Positions 61,645 through 64,000 of a stretch of DNA of 64,000 nucleotides are shown here, piece by piece; within the stretch, counting starts at the first letter, position 1, and the number at the start of each line of letters is the position of its first letter. The notes below the pieces were generated by a model. The model was not told where the DNA came from, made no database searches, and worked only from the letters and a program-made list of their open reading frames with translations. The translations under genes were made by a program, and so were the position numbers. The DNA comes from Auanema rhodensis (Eukaryota > Animalia > Nematoda), in assembly GCA_964057225.1 (NCBI GenBank), contig OZ059894.1, positions 9,176,001-9,240,000 of the forward strand. The letters run 5' to 3'.

Positions 61645-64000
61645 CTGGTGACCTTTAGATCTTCAGTCTAACGCTCTCCCAACTGAGCTATCGAGGCTAT
61701 GATTAGACAGAATAAAGAATTCTTGAAGAGTTATCAGGAACAGAAAACTATTGTTGAAATCAATTCCAATGTTCAAACTTTGGAATTCTGGAAACTGAAT
61801 AATACTCATTACTGAAACCGAAACTAGGATTCAGATGACCGATAGAACTCAGAAAAAGAATATTTCAAGGTGTCTGAAGGTAAAACATTGCCCCGAACCA
61901 GGATCGAACTGGTGACCTTTAGATCTTCAGTCTAACGCTCTCCCAACTGAGCTATCGAGGCTATGATTAGACAGAATAAAGAATTCTTGAAGAGTTATCA
62001 GGAACAGAAAACTATTGTTGAAATCAATTCCAATGTTCAAACTCTGGAATTCTGGAAACTGAATAATACTCATTACTGAAACCGAAACTAGGATTCAGAT
62101 GACCGAGAGAACCCAGAAAAGGAATATTTCAAGGTGTCGGAAGGTAAAACATTGCCCCGAACCAGGATCGAACTGGTGACCTTTAGATCTTCAGTCTAAC
62201 GCTCTCCCAACTGAGCTATCGAGGCTATGATTAGACAGAATAAAGAATTCTTGAAGAGTTATCAGGAACAGAAAACCATAGTTGGAATCAATTCCAATGT
62301 TCAAACTCTGGAATCCTGGAAACTGAATAATACTCATTACTGAAACCTAAGCTAGGATTCAGATGACCGATAGAACTCAGAAAAGGAATAATTCAAGGTG
62401 TTGGAAGGTAAAACATTGCCCCGAACCAGGATCGAACTGGTGACCTTTAGATCTTCAGTCTAACGCTCTCCCAACTGAGCTATCGAGGCTATGATTAGAC
62501 AGAATAAAGAATTCTTGAAGAGTTATCAAGAACAGAAAACCATAGTTGGAATCAATTCCAATGTTCAAACTCTGGAATCCTGGAAACTGAATAATACTCA
62601 TTACTGAAACCGAAACTAGGATTCAGAGGACCGATAGAACTCAGAAAAAGAATATTTCAAGGTGTCTGAAGGTAAAACATTGCCCCGAACCAGGATCGAA
62701 CTGGTGACCTTTAGATCTTCAGTCTAACGCTCTCCCAACTGAGCTATCGAGGCTCTGATTAGACAGAATAAAGAATTCTTGAAGAGTTATCAGGAACAGA
62801 AAACTATTGTTGAAAGCAATTCCAATGTTCAAACTCTGGAATTCTGGAAACTGAATAATACTCATTACTGAAACCGAAACTAGGATTCAGAGGACCGATA
62901 GAACTCAGAAAAAGAATATTTCAAGGTGTCTGAAGGTAAAACATTGCCCCGAACCAGGATCGAACTGGTGACCTTTAGATCTTCAGTCTAACGCTCTCCC
63001 AACTGAGCTATCGAGGCTCTGATTAGACAGAATAAAGAATTCTTGAAGAGTTATCAGGAACAGAAAACTATAGTTGAAATCAATTCCAATGTTCAAACTC
63101 TGGAATTCTGGAAACTGAATAATACTCATTACTGAAACCGAAACTAGAATTCAGATGACCGATAGAACTCAGAAAAAGAATATTTCAAGGTGTCTGAAGG
63201 TAAAACATTGCCCCGAACCATGATCGAACTGGTGACCTTTAGATCTTCAGTCTAACGCTCTCCCAACTGAGCTATCGAGGCTATGATTAGACAGAATAAA
63301 GAATTCTTGAAGAGTTATCAGGAACAGAAAACTATTGTTGAAAGCAATTCCAATGTTCAAACTCTGGAATTCTGGAAACTGAATAATACTCATTACTGAA
63401 ACCGAAACTAGGATTCAGAGGACCGATAGAACTCAGAAAAAGAATATTTCAAGGTGTCTGAAGGTAAAACATTGCCCCGAACCAGGATCGAACTGGTGAC
63501 CTTTAGATCTTCAGTCTAACGCTCTCCCAACTGAGCTATCGAGGCTATGAGTAGAGAGAATAAAGAATTCTTGAAGAGTTATGAGGAACAGAAAACCACT
63601 GTTGAAATCAATTCGAATGTTCAAACTCTGGAATCCTCTAATCTGAATAATACTCATTACTGAAACCGAAACTAGGATTCAGATGACCGAGAGAACCCAG
63701 AAAAGGAATATTTCAAGGTGTCGGAAGGTAAAACATTGCCCCGAACCAGGATCGAACTGGTGACCTTTAGATCTTCAGTCTAACGCTCTCCCAACTGAGC
63801 TATCGAGGCTATGATTAGACAGAATAAAGAATTCTTGAAGAGTTATCAGGAACAGAAAACCACTGTTGAAAGAAATTCCAATGTTCAAACTCTGGAATTC
63901 TGGAAACTGAATAATACTCATTACTGAAACCGAAGCTAGGATTCAGATGACCGATAGAACTCAGAAAACGATTATTTCAAGGTGTCGGAAGGTAAAACAT
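61645..64000 (-). repeat. tRNA-Phe array block D: 8 full-length copies (61889+264n); continues off the right window edge
   Basis: 63737-61889 = 7x264. Confidence 0.97.
61889..61961 (-). tRNA. tRNA-Phe(GAA), first intact copy of block D
   Basis: Identical to the consensus copy. Confidence 0.95.

Larger units (their letters stand above)
53822..61697 (-). pseudogene. tRNA-Phe copy split by element 3 (halves 53822-53846 and 61645-61697)
   Basis: The tRNA sequence stops at ...gatcgaactggt and resumes at ctggtgacc... Confidence 0.9.

Overview
Eukaryotic, AT-rich DNA, most likely from a nematode (judged from the tRNA-Phe sequence, 44-49 nt introns and TTTTCAG-type acceptors). About 41 kb of the window is a tandem array of a 264-bp unit. 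Each unit carries one minus-strand tRNA-Phe(GAA) gene and a Pol III T4 terminator, with about 154 full-length copies in four blocks. The array is interrupted four times. (1) 13.3-17.4 kb: a spliced retropepsin-like gene and an internally deleted Polinton/Maverick remnant whose AGTAGT-type end abuts a tRNA gene. (2) 17502-19025: a 1.5-kb non-coding LTR element. (3) 36670-46047: a related 9.4-kb Ty3/Gypsy element with no recognisable gag. Its single ORF runs gB-like (class III) glycoprotein half, TM, PPxY, PR, RT, RNaseH, IN. It also carries an intron-containing antisense 162-aa gene in its leader. (4) 53847-61644: a BEL/Pao-derived element with no PR, RT or IN core, but with an open phlebovirus-like Gn/Gc env and a separate zinc-knuckle ORF downstream. 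The two Gypsy-family elements share non-canonical CG...CG LTR ends with 4-bp TSDs, multipartite complementarity to tRNA-Gln, and several covarying RNA stems. All analysis was by eye and no searches were run.
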